NCBI RefSeq assembly: GCF_910578445.1
Contig: NZ_CAJTQC010000012.1
Span: 5,684-69,683, forward strand
Source: an uncultured Duncaniella sp.
GTDB taxonomy: Bacteria > Bacteroidota > Bacteroidia > Bacteroidales > Muribaculaceae
Direction: 5' to 3'
DNA: 64,000 nucleotides
Below the pieces are notes generated by a model. The model was not told where the DNA came from. It searched no databases and saw nothing but the letters and a program-made list of their open reading frames with translations. Each line of letters begins with the position of its first letter. Within the stretch, counting starts at the first letter, position 1. A program made the translations under genes and the position numbers. This document shows positions 31,484 to 42,055 of the stretch, piece after piece.

Positions 31484-31520
31484 GAGTGGATAAATCTATA
31501 AAGAGCATGTTTAAGAACTG

Positions 31521-31579
31521 CAAAAATACGCAAAAATCCTCACTTTGGCACGGTTTTTGCGGATTTTTGAGTAATTTTG
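31521..31579. promoter_or_regulatory. Back-to-back promoters for dxr and the TPR gene
   Basis: TATTTTTG on minus (31521-31528) and TAATTTTG on plus (31572-31579). Confidence 0.6.
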
Positions 31580-31595
31580 CATATATAAGTTATCT

Positions 31596-33803
31596 ATGAA
31601 CCACCAAATTGATATATCCAAGGATCTTGAACGTCTCATCGGCCAAAGGCGTGTCAATGACGCGCTTGACCTGATTGACAACGCATCGGCCACATTAGGG
31701 GCTGTCCCGGAACTGCGCTCGGCCACATCGCGTCTTCGCGAAAGCTACGAGCTGATGACCCACTACGCACTGCAGGGCATGCCCGACCCGGCACGCCCCG
31801 AGCTATATGCCGGGATAATAGCTGACATCCGGGCGCTTGCCGACGAACTTCACCGCCGTTCGCGCCTCGACGATGCCCCTACCCTATATTTCAACACCCT
31901 GCGCTATCAGAACATGCGCCCCGACATAAGCATTGCCACATTGCTCGACGAATACCGCCGTGTCAACCGGCGCTTGCAGATGGCGATGCTCACTGAAGAT
32001 GTCGAAAAGGCCGGGAAAGAATTTTCCATGCGTGCCGAAGATCTCGAAAAAAGAATATTCAACCTCATCTGGATTACATATCCGCTCACGGTCGACGATG
32101 CCGCAGCCATAGGCAATCTCCTGAGCGACATATCGCTCGCCGGACACTTCAAGCAACTGTGTGTGTCAGCCCTGATGTTAGGTCAGCTCGAATATCCCGA
32201 CGAGAAACGCATGCGTCTGCTCATGGATGCCTATCTCTCGGACAACGCGGAAATATCAGTGCGCGCGCTGTGTTCGATGCTTATCGTCATGTCGGTTCAG
32301 CGCGACAGACCGTTTTCGCCATCTCTCTCCCGCCGCTTCGACTCACTACGCGAGGACAGCCGCTGGGGTGCTGACGTGAGGATGGCACTCCTGCAATTCA
32401 TCCGCGCACGCGACACGGAGCGAATCGGCCGTAAACTGACCGACGAAGTGATTCCTGAGATGATGAAGCTCCAGCCGGAGCTTGAGAAACTCGGACGCAA
32501 ACCGCTCGATCCGGAATCAATTGAAGAGAATCCTGAATGGGCCGAACTGCTCGATAAATCAGGAATAACCGACAAGCTTAAAGAGCTTCAGGAAATACAG
32601 GAAGACGGAGGCGACGTGATGATGGTCACCTTCAGCAAGCTCAAGACCTTCCCGTTTTTCAACGACATCTCCAACTGGTTTCTCCCCTTCCACACATCAC
32701 ACTCATCCATCGCCGGGAGCAACGACGCGTCAGTCCGTATGCTTGCCGACATAATGGAAAGCGCTCCGATGTTCTGCAACAGCGACAAATATTCAATCAT
32801 CCTCTCGCTCGCACAAGTGCCGGAAGCCCAGAAACAGATGATGTCATCGCAGCTCAAAGCCCATTCGGCACAGATGGCGGCGATGAGTTTCGGCGACATC
32901 GACTCGTCGCAGAAAGGGCGCGAACGCCTTGCAGGAAAATACGTGCAGGACATCTACCGTTTCTTCCGCCTGTTCAGACGCAAGGGCGAATTCAACGATC
33001 CCTTCGCCACTACGCTCAACCTTGTGACAGTCCCGCTGCTGTCCGACATATTCGACGATGCCGACACTCTGCTCCTCGTCGGAGAATTCTATTTCAAACA
33101 CAAGCATTTCGCCGACGCTTTCGATGTGTTCGAACGTCTGTCAGACAAAATCCCGCCATCGGCACAGCTCTATCAGAAAATGGGCTACTGCATGCAGATG
33201 CTCGGGGCGATAGACACAGCCGTCAGATATTATGAACAGAGCGAGCTGCTCAACGCCGAAAGTCTCTGGACCATCAAGCGACTCGCCATCTGCCACCGCA
33301 ACTCCCGCAACTGGGGAAAGGCCGTCGAATACTACTCACGCCTTGCGGCAGCAAATCCCGACGACGCAAACGTGGCGCTCAATCTGGCTCTGTGCCATCT
33401 CGAAAACGGACAGACATCCGAAGCTATGCAGCTGCTCTACAAAGTTGAGTTCCTGCAGGGCGAATCAGACCGCTCGTCGCGTCCGCTTGTCAGATGCGCA
33501 CTGTTGGAAAACAATCTTGATAAGGCCCGTCGATATTCCGACGCGCTGCTCTCGCGCACACCTTCGGCATCGGACTACATGCACGCAGGACACATCGAAA
33601 TCCTCAGCGGAAACCTCGACAATGGAGTGAGACTCTACGCCGAGGCAATAGCCGCTGATAATTTCGACACTGGAAATTTCGTCAGGACTTTCAAATCAGA
33701 CATGGAGACCTACAAATCCATGTCGGCTATCGACCCGCTGACACTCGGCCTGATTCTCGACGAGGCAATCAAACGCTCGTCGGCTCTCGGTCACAAGGTC
33801 TGA
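31596..33803 (+). CDS. Tetratricopeptide repeat protein
   Basis: 735 aa all-helical; C-terminal TPR-like repeats. Confidence 0.75.
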   Translation: MNHQIDISKDLERLIGQRRVNDALDLIDNASATLGAVPELRSATSRLRESYELMTHYALQGMPDPARPELYAGIIADIRALADELHRRSRLDDAPTLYFNTLRYQNMRPDISIATLLDEYRRVNRRLQMAMLTEDVEKAGKEFSMRAEDLEKRIFNLIWITYPLTVDDAAAIGNLLSDISLAGHFKQLCVSALMLGQLEYPDEKRMRLLMDAYLSDNAEISVRALCSMLIVMSVQRDRPFSPSLSRRFDSLREDSRWGADVRMALLQFIRARDTERIGRKLTDEVIPEMMKLQPELEKLGRKPLDPESIEENPEWAELLDKSGITDKLKELQEIQEDGGDVMMVTFSKLKTFPFFNDISNWFLPFHTSHSSIAGSNDASVRMLADIMESAPMFCNSDKYSIILSLAQVPEAQKQMMSSQLKAHSAQMAAMSFGDIDSSQKGRERLAGKYVQDIYRFFRLFRRKGEFNDPFATTLNLVTVPLLSDIFDDADTLLLVGEFYFKHKHFADAFDVFERLSDKIPPSAQLYQKMGYCMQMLGAIDTAVRYYEQSELLNAESLWTIKRLAICHRNSRNWGKAVEYYSRLAAANPDDANVALNLALCHLENGQTSEAMQLLYKVEFLQGESDRSSRPLVRCALLENNLDKARRYSDALLSRTPSASDYMHAGHIEILSGNLDNGVRLYAEAIAADNFDTGNFVRTFKSDMETYKSMSAIDPLTLGLILDEAIKRSSALGHKV

Positions 33804-33855
33804 AGAAAACCGTACATTAATTAACCATTCACTGTCATATCTTCAAAATTTTTAC

Positions 33856-35979
33856 ATGCGTAAAATCCTATTATCGGCATTTGCCGCCGCAAGCATTATG
33901 ATACAAGCTCAAAATCCGTTTTTCCAAGAATTCAACACCGCCCCCCACGGAGCGGCCCCCTTCGACAAAATAACATTCGCCGACTACGAACCGGCCATCG
34001 ACCGCGGTATCCGCCTCGGCCTTGAAGCCGTCGACGCTATCGTCAACAATCCTGAAGCCCCGACATTTGAAAACACAATCGTGGCGCTCGAACACGCCGA
34101 CACCGACCTCAACCGTGTGCTTATGGTGTTCGACCCGCTGCTCTCGGCTCTCAGCGACGACAACATGATGGAGCTGTCGATGAAAATCACACCCCGTCTG
34201 TCGGACTACTCCACTTCAATCTCGCTCAATGAAGGTCTGTGGAAAAGAGTAAAGGCCGTCTATGACAGCCGTGGCGACTATAATCTCGCCAAAGAGGACA
34301 GCATGCTGCTCAAACGCACCTACGACTCGTTTGTGCGCAACGGCGCACTCCTCGAAGGAAAGGACCGCGAGACATATTCAAAACTTTCGAGCCGTCTGAG
34401 CGAGCTGACCACACTTTTCGGCCAGAACGTGCTAAAGGAAATGAACACCTATGAAATCTGGCTCGGAGCAAACGACCTCGCCGGTCTTCCCGAAAGTTCT
34501 GTCGAGGCTGCAGCTCTGGCCGCACGCGAAAAGGGCCGCGAAGGAGAATATCTCTTCACTCTCGCCCAGCCGGTCTACATGGCTTTTATGAAATACAGCG
34601 ACCGTCGTGACCTCCGCGAAAAGATGTATCGCCTCTACACAGGCCGAAACATCAAGGGCGAATACAACAATCTCCCGATAATGAAGGAAATCGCCGAGAC
34701 ACGAATGAAAATCGCCAATCTTCTCGGCTATCCGACATATGCGCACTATGCTCTCGAAAAGACTATGGCGAAGACCCCCGACAAAGTCTACGAGCTGCTC
34801 AACTCCCTGCGCGACGCATATCTCCCGGCACAGAAAGCCGAATTCAAGGAGCTTGCCGACTATGCTTCGTCAATCGAGGGTAAGACCATAGAACTTAAGC
34901 CGTGGGACTACAGCTATTATGCCAACAAGCTCAAGAACGCCAAGTATGCCTACGACGAGGAAAAGCTCCGTCCGTATTTCGAGCTCAACAATGTCATCGA
35001 CGGAGTGTTCGGCCTCGCGACACGTCTCTATGGCGTGACATTCAAGAAGAATCCCGATATTCCTGTCTATCACCCCGACGTGACAGCATTTGATGTCATC
35101 GACAACGACGGTTCGTTTCTCGGAGTCATCTACACCGACTTCTTCCCCCGCGAGAGCAAGCGTCCCGGTGCATGGATGACAGAGTTCAAGAGCGAGGAAA
35201 TCACTCCCGACGGAAAAGTGATACGCCCACACGTGTCTATTGTGATGAATTTCACCAAACCAACCGGCTCTAAACCCTCGCTCCTGACACCCTATGAGGT
35301 CGAGACATTCCTCCACGAATTCGGCCACGGTCTCCACGGACTTCTTGCAAACACAAAATACGCATCGTTGTCGGGCACAAACGTGCTCCGCGACTTCGTC
35401 GAGCTTCCTTCGCAATTCAATGAAAACTATCTCACCGAAAAAGAATTCCTTGACGGATTCGCACGCCACTACGAGACAGGCGAGGCCATTCCCTCGGAAC
35501 TCGTCGGCCAGATCATAAGCTCATCGCAGTTCGGCGCGGCCTACGCATGTCTCCGCCAGCTCAATTTCGGACTCCTCGACATGGCATGGCACAGCATCAC
35601 CGCTCCGGTCGACGACCCGGAAAAATTCGAGCAGAAAGCAGGTGCATCCGTGGCAATGTTCGACCCGATTGAAGGCAGCATGACCGGCAGCACATTCTCC
35701 CACATCTTTGCAGGCGGATATGCCGCCGGATACTACAGCTATAAGTGGGCCGAAGTTCTCGATGCGGACGCCTTCGCTCATTTCAAGGAAAACGGAATCT
35801 TCGACCGCGCTACTGCCGAATCATTCCGTCAGAACATCCTTTCACGCGGCGGCACAGAAAAACCCGACGAACTCTATCGCCGTTTCCGTGGCAAAGACGC
35901 CTCAATCGACGCACTTCTCCAGCGCGACGGCATCTCTCAGAAACCTTCGGGAAAGTTGCCCGTCCCCAAGGATAAATAA
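33856..35979 (+). CDS. dcp: M3 family metallopeptidase (peptidyl-dipeptidase Dcp)
   Basis: HEFGHGLH, DFVELPSQ, HIFAGGYAAGYYSYKWAEVLDAD; signal peptide. Confidence 0.9.
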   Translation: MRKILLSAFAAASIMIQAQNPFFQEFNTAPHGAAPFDKITFADYEPAIDRGIRLGLEAVDAIVNNPEAPTFENTIVALEHADTDLNRVLMVFDPLLSALSDDNMMELSMKITPRLSDYSTSISLNEGLWKRVKAVYDSRGDYNLAKEDSMLLKRTYDSFVRNGALLEGKDRETYSKLSSRLSELTTLFGQNVLKEMNTYEIWLGANDLAGLPESSVEAAALAAREKGREGEYLFTLAQPVYMAFMKYSDRRDLREKMYRLYTGRNIKGEYNNLPIMKEIAETRMKIANLLGYPTYAHYALEKTMAKTPDKVYELLNSLRDAYLPAQKAEFKELADYASSIEGKTIELKPWDYSYYANKLKNAKYAYDEEKLRPYFELNNVIDGVFGLATRLYGVTFKKNPDIPVYHPDVTAFDVIDNDGSFLGVIYTDFFPRESKRPGAWMTEFKSEEITPDGKVIRPHVSIVMNFTKPTGSKPSLLTPYEVETFLHEFGHGLHGLLANTKYASLSGTNVLRDFVELPSQFNENYLTEKEFLDGFARHYETGEAIPSELVGQIISSSQFGAAYACLRQLNFGLLDMAWHSITAPVDDPEKFEQKAGASVAMFDPIEGSMTGSTFSHIFAGGYAAGYYSYKWAEVLDADAFAHFKENGIFDRATAESFRQNILSRGGTEKPDELYRRFRGKDASIDALLQRDGISQKPSGKLPVPKDK

Positions 35980-36008
35980 TACTTGATACAAGATAATGCC
36001 AAAAACTT

Positions 36009-36059
36009 TCAGGCGGTTAAAAATCCAATCGGAAATTTTAACCGCCTGATTATTTTTTT
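36009..36059 (+). terminator. Intrinsic terminator
   Basis: 14-bp inverted repeat TCAGGCGGTTAAAA/TTTTAACCGCCTGA followed by a T-tract. Confidence 0.85.
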
Positions 36060-36136
36060 CAATTCAGCCACGGTTAACCTTATTTAACTCCAATGAGCAA
36101 AATTTAAGCACTCAGGTTTCCTACTTTTGCATCATT

Positions 36137-37399
36137 ATGACAGAAGCCACACTCGAAAAACTGAAAATACTGGCGGCAGCAGCCAAATATGACGTGTCGT
36201 GCTCGTCGAGCGGGACTGTGCGGCGCAACGACGGCAAAGGCGTGGGAAACACAGTCGGCGGTGTGGGCATCTGTCATAGCTTCGCAGCCGACGGACGTTG
36301 CATAGCGCTATTGAAAATCATGCTTACAAACTACTGTAAGTATGACTGCGCTTATTGCGTGAACCGACGGTCAAACGACATCCCGCGAGCCACGCTCTCG
36401 GTCTCCGAAGTTGTCGACATAACGATGGAGTTCTACCGCCGCAACTACATCGAAGGGCTGTTCCTGAGTTCGGGTGTGGTGCGCAACGCCGACTATACGA
36501 TGGAACGCATCGCACGCATAGCCAAAGACCTCCGCACCATCCATCGGTTCAACGGCTACATACATCTTAAAAGCATTCCCGGCGCATCTCAGGAACTCGT
36601 CAACGAAGCCGGACGCTATGCCGACCGAATGAGCGTCAATATCGAAATCCCACGCGAGGAATCGCTCAGATACCTTGCACCTGAAAAGAACCATCAGAGC
36701 ATTTTCGAGCCGATGGGATATATCAGGCAGGGTGTGCTGCAATGTCAGGAAGACAGGAAAACAATGCGCCACGTCCCGCGCTTCGTTCCGGCCGGACAGA
36801 GCACACAGATGATTGTCGGCGCTACCCCCGACACCGACCGCGATATCCTCATGGCCTCATCGTCGCTCTACTCAATGCCGACAATGCGGCGCGTCTACTA
36901 TTCAGGCTACGTCTCCGTCAACACCTACGATTCCCGGCTGCCGGCACTCAAACAGCCACCGCTCGTGCGCGAAAACCGACTCTATCAGGCCGACTGGCTG
37001 ATGCGCTTCTACCAATTCAAGGCCGAAGAGATTGCCGACGACACCAACCCCAACCTCGACCTTGAGGTCGATCCCAAACTCGGATGGGCGCTGCGCCACC
37101 CCGAAGCATTCCCGGTAGATATCAACCGCGCACCTTACGAAATGATATTGCGCGTGCCCGGAATCGGTGTGAAATCCGCCACACTCATCGTCAACGCACG
37201 CCGCTACCGTCATCTCAATTCGTCACACCTGTCAAAAATAGGTGTCGTCATGAAGCGTGCGAAATATTTCATCACCTGCGGAGAACTGACCGCAGGAACG
37301 ATTGCCGACACGTCGCCGGAATATGTGCGCAGGATTCTGACTGCGCCGCGCAAGCTCAAAGGTGAAAGCCCGCTGCAACTGTCGTTAGATTTCTCATAA
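36137..37399 (+). CDS. Putative DNA modification/repair radical SAM protein (TIGR03916-like)
   Basis: AAKYDVSC, GICHS..DGRC, CKYDCAYC, QSTQMIVGA, RLYQADWL, C-terminal HhH (LRVPGIG). Confidence 0.9.
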   Translation: MTEATLEKLKILAAAAKYDVSCSSSGTVRRNDGKGVGNTVGGVGICHSFAADGRCIALLKIMLTNYCKYDCAYCVNRRSNDIPRATLSVSEVVDITMEFYRRNYIEGLFLSSGVVRNADYTMERIARIAKDLRTIHRFNGYIHLKSIPGASQELVNEAGRYADRMSVNIEIPREESLRYLAPEKNHQSIFEPMGYIRQGVLQCQEDRKTMRHVPRFVPAGQSTQMIVGATPDTDRDILMASSSLYSMPTMRRVYYSGYVSVNTYDSRLPALKQPPLVRENRLYQADWLMRFYQFKAEEIADDTNPNLDLEVDPKLGWALRHPEAFPVDINRAPYEMILRVPGIGVKSATLIVNARRYRHLNSSHLSKIGVVMKRAKYFITCGELTAGTIADTSPEYVRRILTAPRKLKGESPLQLSLDFS

Positions 37400-37423
37400 A
37401 ATTTCCTAACAATCCACACCACA

Positions 37424-38188
37424 ATGGTCATCTATCGTTTTGACGGAAGTTTCGACGGACTGCTCACGGCGGTTTTCGACTCGTTTGCGCGCAAGGAGCG
37501 CCCCGACGCACTCCTTCCGCCCGACGGCGACATGCCATTGTTCTACGACACACTCCACGAAGTCGACACCGACCTTGAAAAGAGCACCCGCGTCTGGAAA
37601 AAACTCTCCGCGTCAATTTCGTCAGGCGCACGCACCGCACTCATGACGGCCTTCCTCACCGACAATGCCGGATTTCCGCTTCTGGCACTGCGTTTCATCA
37701 GCCGTGCTGTCACCACTACACCGTCTATCGAGAATGATTTTTCCGACCCGGCAGTCCTTGCCGTCGTCAAGGAAGGGCGGCGCGTCAGAGGCGAAGCCCA
37801 CCGGCTGCTCCAGTTCGTCAGGTTCCAGAAAGCGGTCGACGGAACTTATTTTTCAATGGTAGAGCCCCTGTTCGATGTGCTGCCGTTTGCCATAAAACAT
37901 TTCGCCGACCGTTTTTCCGACCAGCCGTTCATCATCTACGACCGCATCCGTGACTACGGCTATCACTACGACGGGAAAGAGACAAAACGCATCACACTCC
38001 GGTCTGACAGCTATCACCTATCGACCGGCCGCCTGTCTGACGAACTGATGGACCCCGACGAACGGCTCTATCAGCAACTGTGGCGCAACTATGTCAGATA
38101 TACAGCCATCACCGAACGCACCAACCCGCGCAAGCAACGTCAGGACATGCCTGTCAGATTCTGGAAATATCTCACCGAGATGCAATGA
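37424..38188 (+). CDS. Putative DNA metabolism/repair protein (TIGR03915/DUF4130-like)
   Basis: DGSFDGLLTAVF, EAHR..QFVRF, HFADRF, LW..Y, MP.RFWKYLTE; follows the rSAM gene. Confidence 0.85.
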   Translation: MVIYRFDGSFDGLLTAVFDSFARKERPDALLPPDGDMPLFYDTLHEVDTDLEKSTRVWKKLSASISSGARTALMTAFLTDNAGFPLLALRFISRAVTTTPSIENDFSDPAVLAVVKEGRRVRGEAHRLLQFVRFQKAVDGTYFSMVEPLFDVLPFAIKHFADRFSDQPFIIYDRIRDYGYHYDGKETKRITLRSDSYHLSTGRLSDELMDPDERLYQQLWRNYVRYTAITERTNPRKQRQDMPVRFWKYLTEMQ

Positions 38189-38238
38189 CGATTGTCAGGA
38201 ATTCTGTAACTTTACGCAGAATTCCAAATTATTATCGT

Positions 38239-39096
38239 ATGCGTAAAGGACTGGTGCTCGAAGGAGGGGCAATGCGCGGACTTTTCACCGCCGGTGTCAT
38301 AGATGTGATGATGGAAAACGGGATTGACTTCGACGGTCTCGTCGGGGTCTCTGCCGGATCGAGTTTCGGCTGCAACTTCAAGTCGCGTCAGCCGGGACGC
38401 GTGCTCCGCTACAATCTGAGGTTCTGCAAAGACCCGCGCTACATGGGACTGCGCTCGCTTCTCGCCACAGGCGACCTTGTCGGCGCTGAATTCGCCTACC
38501 ACACACTCCCGCTCGAACTCGACATTTTCGACATTCCGACTTTCGAGAGCAACCCGATGGAATTTCATCTGGTCTGCACCGACGTGACCACCGGCAGCCC
38601 CGTCTACTACCGCATGGACCGTGTCGACTACGACTCTCTCGAATGGCTGCGCGCATCGGCCTCCATGCCGGTTGTCACCCGGCCAGTATGCGTGGCCGAC
38701 GGACATCTGCTGCTCGACGGAGGCATCAGCGACTCAATTCCTCTGGCCTATTTCCAGTCACAGGGCTTCGGGCGCAACGTCGTGGTCCTAACACAGCCGC
38801 TTGACTACCGCAAAAGTCCGGCGCGCAAATGGGTGTTCCGGCTTTTCATGCGCCGCTATCCAAAAATTGTCGAGGCGATGGCAAAAAGACACGAGATGTA
38901 TAACGCGCAGCTCGACTACATCCACTCACAAGCCCTGACTGGCAACACCTTCATCATCGCCCCGTCAGCCCCTCTGCCAATCGGACGCATCGAGATGAAC
39001 CCCGCCAAAATGCGGCTTGTCTACGGGATGGGACGTGACACCGCGACCGCAATGCTGCCGAAACTGAAAGCTTTCCTTGACAGCAACGGCAGATAA
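38239..39096 (+). CDS. Patatin family protein
   Basis: GLVLEGGAMRG, GVSAG, ASASMP, LDGG; start reassigned to ATG 38239. Confidence 0.88.
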   Translation: MRKGLVLEGGAMRGLFTAGVIDVMMENGIDFDGLVGVSAGSSFGCNFKSRQPGRVLRYNLRFCKDPRYMGLRSLLATGDLVGAEFAYHTLPLELDIFDIPTFESNPMEFHLVCTDVTTGSPVYYRMDRVDYDSLEWLRASASMPVVTRPVCVADGHLLLDGGISDSIPLAYFQSQGFGRNVVVLTQPLDYRKSPARKWVFRLFMRRYPKIVEAMAKRHEMYNAQLDYIHSQALTGNTFIIAPSAPLPIGRIEMNPAKMRLVYGMGRDTATAMLPKLKAFLDSNGR

Positions 39097-39129
39097 TTGA
39101 GATTGAGGATGATATTTAAATGATGATAT

Positions 39130-39879
39130 TTAAATGAAAGCCTTGTCGTTGAGCAGACGGTTTTCGAGCGCCTCGAAATGGCGGCGCGCATCCTTGGTCG
39201 AAAGATAGGCATCAATCACATCGGCATGCCTGAAATTGTGGAGGTCAGTGCCTAAAAAATCCACATAGCCCTTTTCAATCAGTTTCTCGGCCACCCGCTT
39301 TTCCTTTTTGGTATATCCGCCTGCGAGCGACAACACATTGACCTGAAACAACACGCCTGCCCTGTGGAGCTGGTCGTAACGTTCGGGGTTTTCCTCGAAA
39401 TAATAGTGAAACCGTTCGGGATGAGCCATTATCGGGTTGTAGCCCTGAATTTTCAGGTCAAACAGAAACTGGTCAAGCTGCCACGGCTCCTGAATGAACG
39501 AATTTTCCACGAGAATATACCTGTTCGGAAAAGTGGTGATCTGGCCTGCGGCAAGCTCCGCGCGGAAAAAGTCGTCGATACGGTTTTCCGACGCACGCGA
39601 CAGCTCCACGTCTACGCCCGCCTTCTTCAGAGCCTCATCCAGCTCATGCAATGCAGGGTCGAGCACATCGGGAGTGTTCGGAAAAGTCGCCTCCGTGATG
39701 TGGGGAGTGGCGATGATGCGTTCAAGCCCCCAGTTACGCATATGCTTCACAAGTTCAACCGATGTCTCCACGTCGGGCGAACCGTCGTCGACACCCGGAA
39801 GGATATGACAATGTATGTCGGTTGTGAACGGAAATTTCACCGGCTCATTCTTTCTAGAAAGAAAACTAAAAAATGCCAT
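39130..39879 (-). CDS. CpsB/CapC-family PHP tyrosine-protein phosphatase
   Basis: DIHCHILPGVDDG, ATPH, AHPER, GTDLH. Confidence 0.9.
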   Translation of the reverse strand: MAFFSFLSRKNEPVKFPFTTDIHCHILPGVDDGSPDVETSVELVKHMRNWGLERIIATPHITEATFPNTPDVLDPALHELDEALKKAGVDVELSRASENRIDDFFRAELAAGQITTFPNRYILVENSFIQEPWQLDQFLFDLKIQGYNPIMAHPERFHYYFEENPERYDQLHRAGVLFQVNVLSLAGGYTKKEKRVAEKLIEKGYVDFLGTDLHNFRHADVIDAYLSTKDARRHFEALENRLLNDKAFI

Positions 39880-39952
39880 ATTAACTTATTCTTACTGCGT
39901 CTGTTGTTTTATATTTCACATACAAAGTTAACCATTCATTTTGTAATAGCCT

Positions 39953-39992
39953 AAAACGGCAGCCGGAAAAGAGTTTTCCGGCTGCCGTTTTT
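39953..39992. terminator. Intrinsic terminator downstream of the M56-TonB gene
   Basis: 18-bp perfect inverted repeat AAAACGGCAGCCGGAAAA/TTTTCCGGCTGCCGTTTT. Confidence 0.85.
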
Positions 39993-40088
39993 AAGAGGGT
40001 CATACATTTGTACGCCACTCTAAATATCCTAAAATGTTTTAGAATGTGTCAGGCAATCACTTTTCCGACCTCATCGGCCGACAGGCCG

Positions 40089-41885
40089 TCAGACGCTTTT
40101 CAGATAGATACTCACCTCCGGCCTGATTCCATCTTTTCTGACATTTATCGAGTCGATGGATGCCGGAGAAATCTCCGTTAACTGTTCTGAAGAAAGAACC
40201 CAGCTTTCATTGCCCTTATGCACCGACACGTTGCCAACCAAATCTTTCAGGAAATACTTAGGCAGTTTAACCTCGGCAGTCTGTGAGGTCTGTGCCGGCA
40301 GTTCCTCATCTTTCTTAATCTTGAATGTCACGGGAAGTGCATACCAGACATTGACAGCCTCACCATTCATCATGCCCGGTGTGAAAGCCGGGAGACTCTT
40401 GATGACACGTATAGCCTCATTGTCGAGCGACTGGTCCAATCGGCGGAGAACCGTCACATCACCTATCGAACCATCCTTTCTGACAACGAATCGGACCACT
40501 ACCCGACCCTGCACTTCATTCTTATAAGCATCATGCGGATATCTGATATTGGCGGCCACATATTCGAGAAGCGCTTTCTCACCGCCGGGGAACTGCGGTT
40601 TTCTCTCAACCACGGTGTAAACTTTCGCATCGTCGGGCTGCTCCTTGGCCTCTTGGCGCTCAGTGGCGGCAGGAGCTGTCGCGCGTGCTTCGGGAGCGAC
40701 GGCAGGCGCGGCGGTCTCACCCTCATAGGGGGCGGCCTCCGTGGCCTCGCTCCGTGGAGCAGTCTCATTCACCGGCTGCGCCACATCTCCGGCGGCCATT
40801 GCATCCGAAGCCACAGCCCCGGCGACATCCGTGGCCGACTCCGGCTGAATTTCACGGACATCCGCCTCCGCGACATTTTCGGCCGGAAGCATTGCCGGCT
40901 CATTTTCCGCCAAAGTTACCGATGCCGACTCCGGCGCGATGTCGTCACCACCACTCTCCACGCCCAACGACGCAAGAGCCGTGTCGTCGATGACCGAGGC
41001 GACAACATCGAGATTGGCCATACCGACAGCCACCGCAAGCGCAGGGATGAGCGCCAGACCGCGCAGACGGCGCGACGGGGATTTGTCGGTGTTATACATC
41101 ATCGTGACACGTTTTTTCAGCTTACTGTGGTTCAGGCTGTTGGCAAGAGAGGTGAAACGATGGCCCACAGCCTTTTTAATCAGCAGCATCTGATATTGGC
41201 GAGCCCCGACACCCGATTCGAGCACAGCACCGTCGGCCTGATATTCATGGACAGTCTTAAGCTCCTCGCGCATGAGCCACGCAGCAGGATTATACCATTG
41301 GAACACCCCGACGGCCTGTGCCACCAGAAGGTCGATCCAGTGGCGAAGGCGCAGATGCTGGAGCTCGTGGACGAGAATCATGCTGCCGTCCTCCTCCCAG
41401 TCCTTGCGGCTCATCACCACATATCTGCACCAGCTGAACGGTGCAATCCCCTTCTCGTCGGTCACGACCACAATCTTTCCGTCATAGCGTCCGACTTCTT
41501 CGGCGCGCGATATTATGCGCCTGAGTCTGAGCCCGACCCATACGGTCTGGAAAAGCGTCGCGGCGACACCCGTGATATAGACCCACAGCAACACCGTGGT
41601 CCACAACGGCTGCGACGGAGCGACAAATTCTCCTTGGTCAACGACACTGACCATAATATCTTCAAAGTCGATTTCGGCCATAGGCACAGGCGCCGGTGCA
41701 TCGGCCATGAGTCCGCGCGCCCACTCAATCGCCGGCAGCGCAGTGAGCGCCACTATATAGATTAGCCATAGGGCCACACGGTTGTAACGGTGTTGGTTTT
41801 CGCCGGCCATCACCCATTTGTAGGTGAGATAGAGCAGCGAAAGGAGGATTGAGCTGTAGAGAGAATATGATAGTACTGTGCCCAT
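40089..41885 (-). CDS. BlaR1/M56 peptidase fused to TonB C-terminal domain
   Basis: TM N-terminus, HELQH zinc motif, W.NP..W, HEYQAD, LKKRVTMM; Ala/Pro/Glu linker; 'PQFPGG...YP..A....QGRVVVRFVV..DG' TonB_C. Confidence 0.88.
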   Translation of the reverse strand: MGTVLSYSLYSSILLSLLYLTYKWVMAGENQHRYNRVALWLIYIVALTALPAIEWARGLMADAPAPVPMAEIDFEDIMVSVVDQGEFVAPSQPLWTTVLLWVYITGVAATLFQTVWVGLRLRRIISRAEEVGRYDGKIVVVTDEKGIAPFSWCRYVVMSRKDWEEDGSMILVHELQHLRLRHWIDLLVAQAVGVFQWYNPAAWLMREELKTVHEYQADGAVLESGVGARQYQMLLIKKAVGHRFTSLANSLNHSKLKKRVTMMYNTDKSPSRRLRGLALIPALAVAVGMANLDVVASVIDDTALASLGVESGGDDIAPESASVTLAENEPAMLPAENVAEADVREIQPESATDVAGAVASDAMAAGDVAQPVNETAPRSEATEAAPYEGETAAPAVAPEARATAPAATERQEAKEQPDDAKVYTVVERKPQFPGGEKALLEYVAANIRYPHDAYKNEVQGRVVVRFVVRKDGSIGDVTVLRRLDQSLDNEAIRVIKSLPAFTPGMMNGEAVNVWYALPVTFKIKKDEELPAQTSQTAEVKLPKYFLKDLVGNVSVHKGNESWVLSSEQLTEISPASIDSINVRKDGIRPEVSIYLKSV

Positions 41886-42055
41886 GAGAGATTAGGTTTA
41901 AAATAGTTAAGCACTGGCTACGTAGAGAGCGCTCCGGGTGGACGCGTCGATTTAAGGTGGCCGGATAGAAGGACGTCCGGCGGAGGGATGGTCGCCGGAC
42001 GCCTTAATCTCAGGTTGGAATCTTGATTAATATCCCTGATATTGCGTTTTCGCTA

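Noticed and set aside
39130..39879. Capsule locus implied by the CpsB phosphatase
   Set aside because: No kinase, glycosyltransferase or export genes adjacent; orphan gene
40533..41765. 410-aa plus-strand ORF
   Set aside because: Antisense shadow of the M56-TonB gene; Arg/His-rich non-protein-like composition
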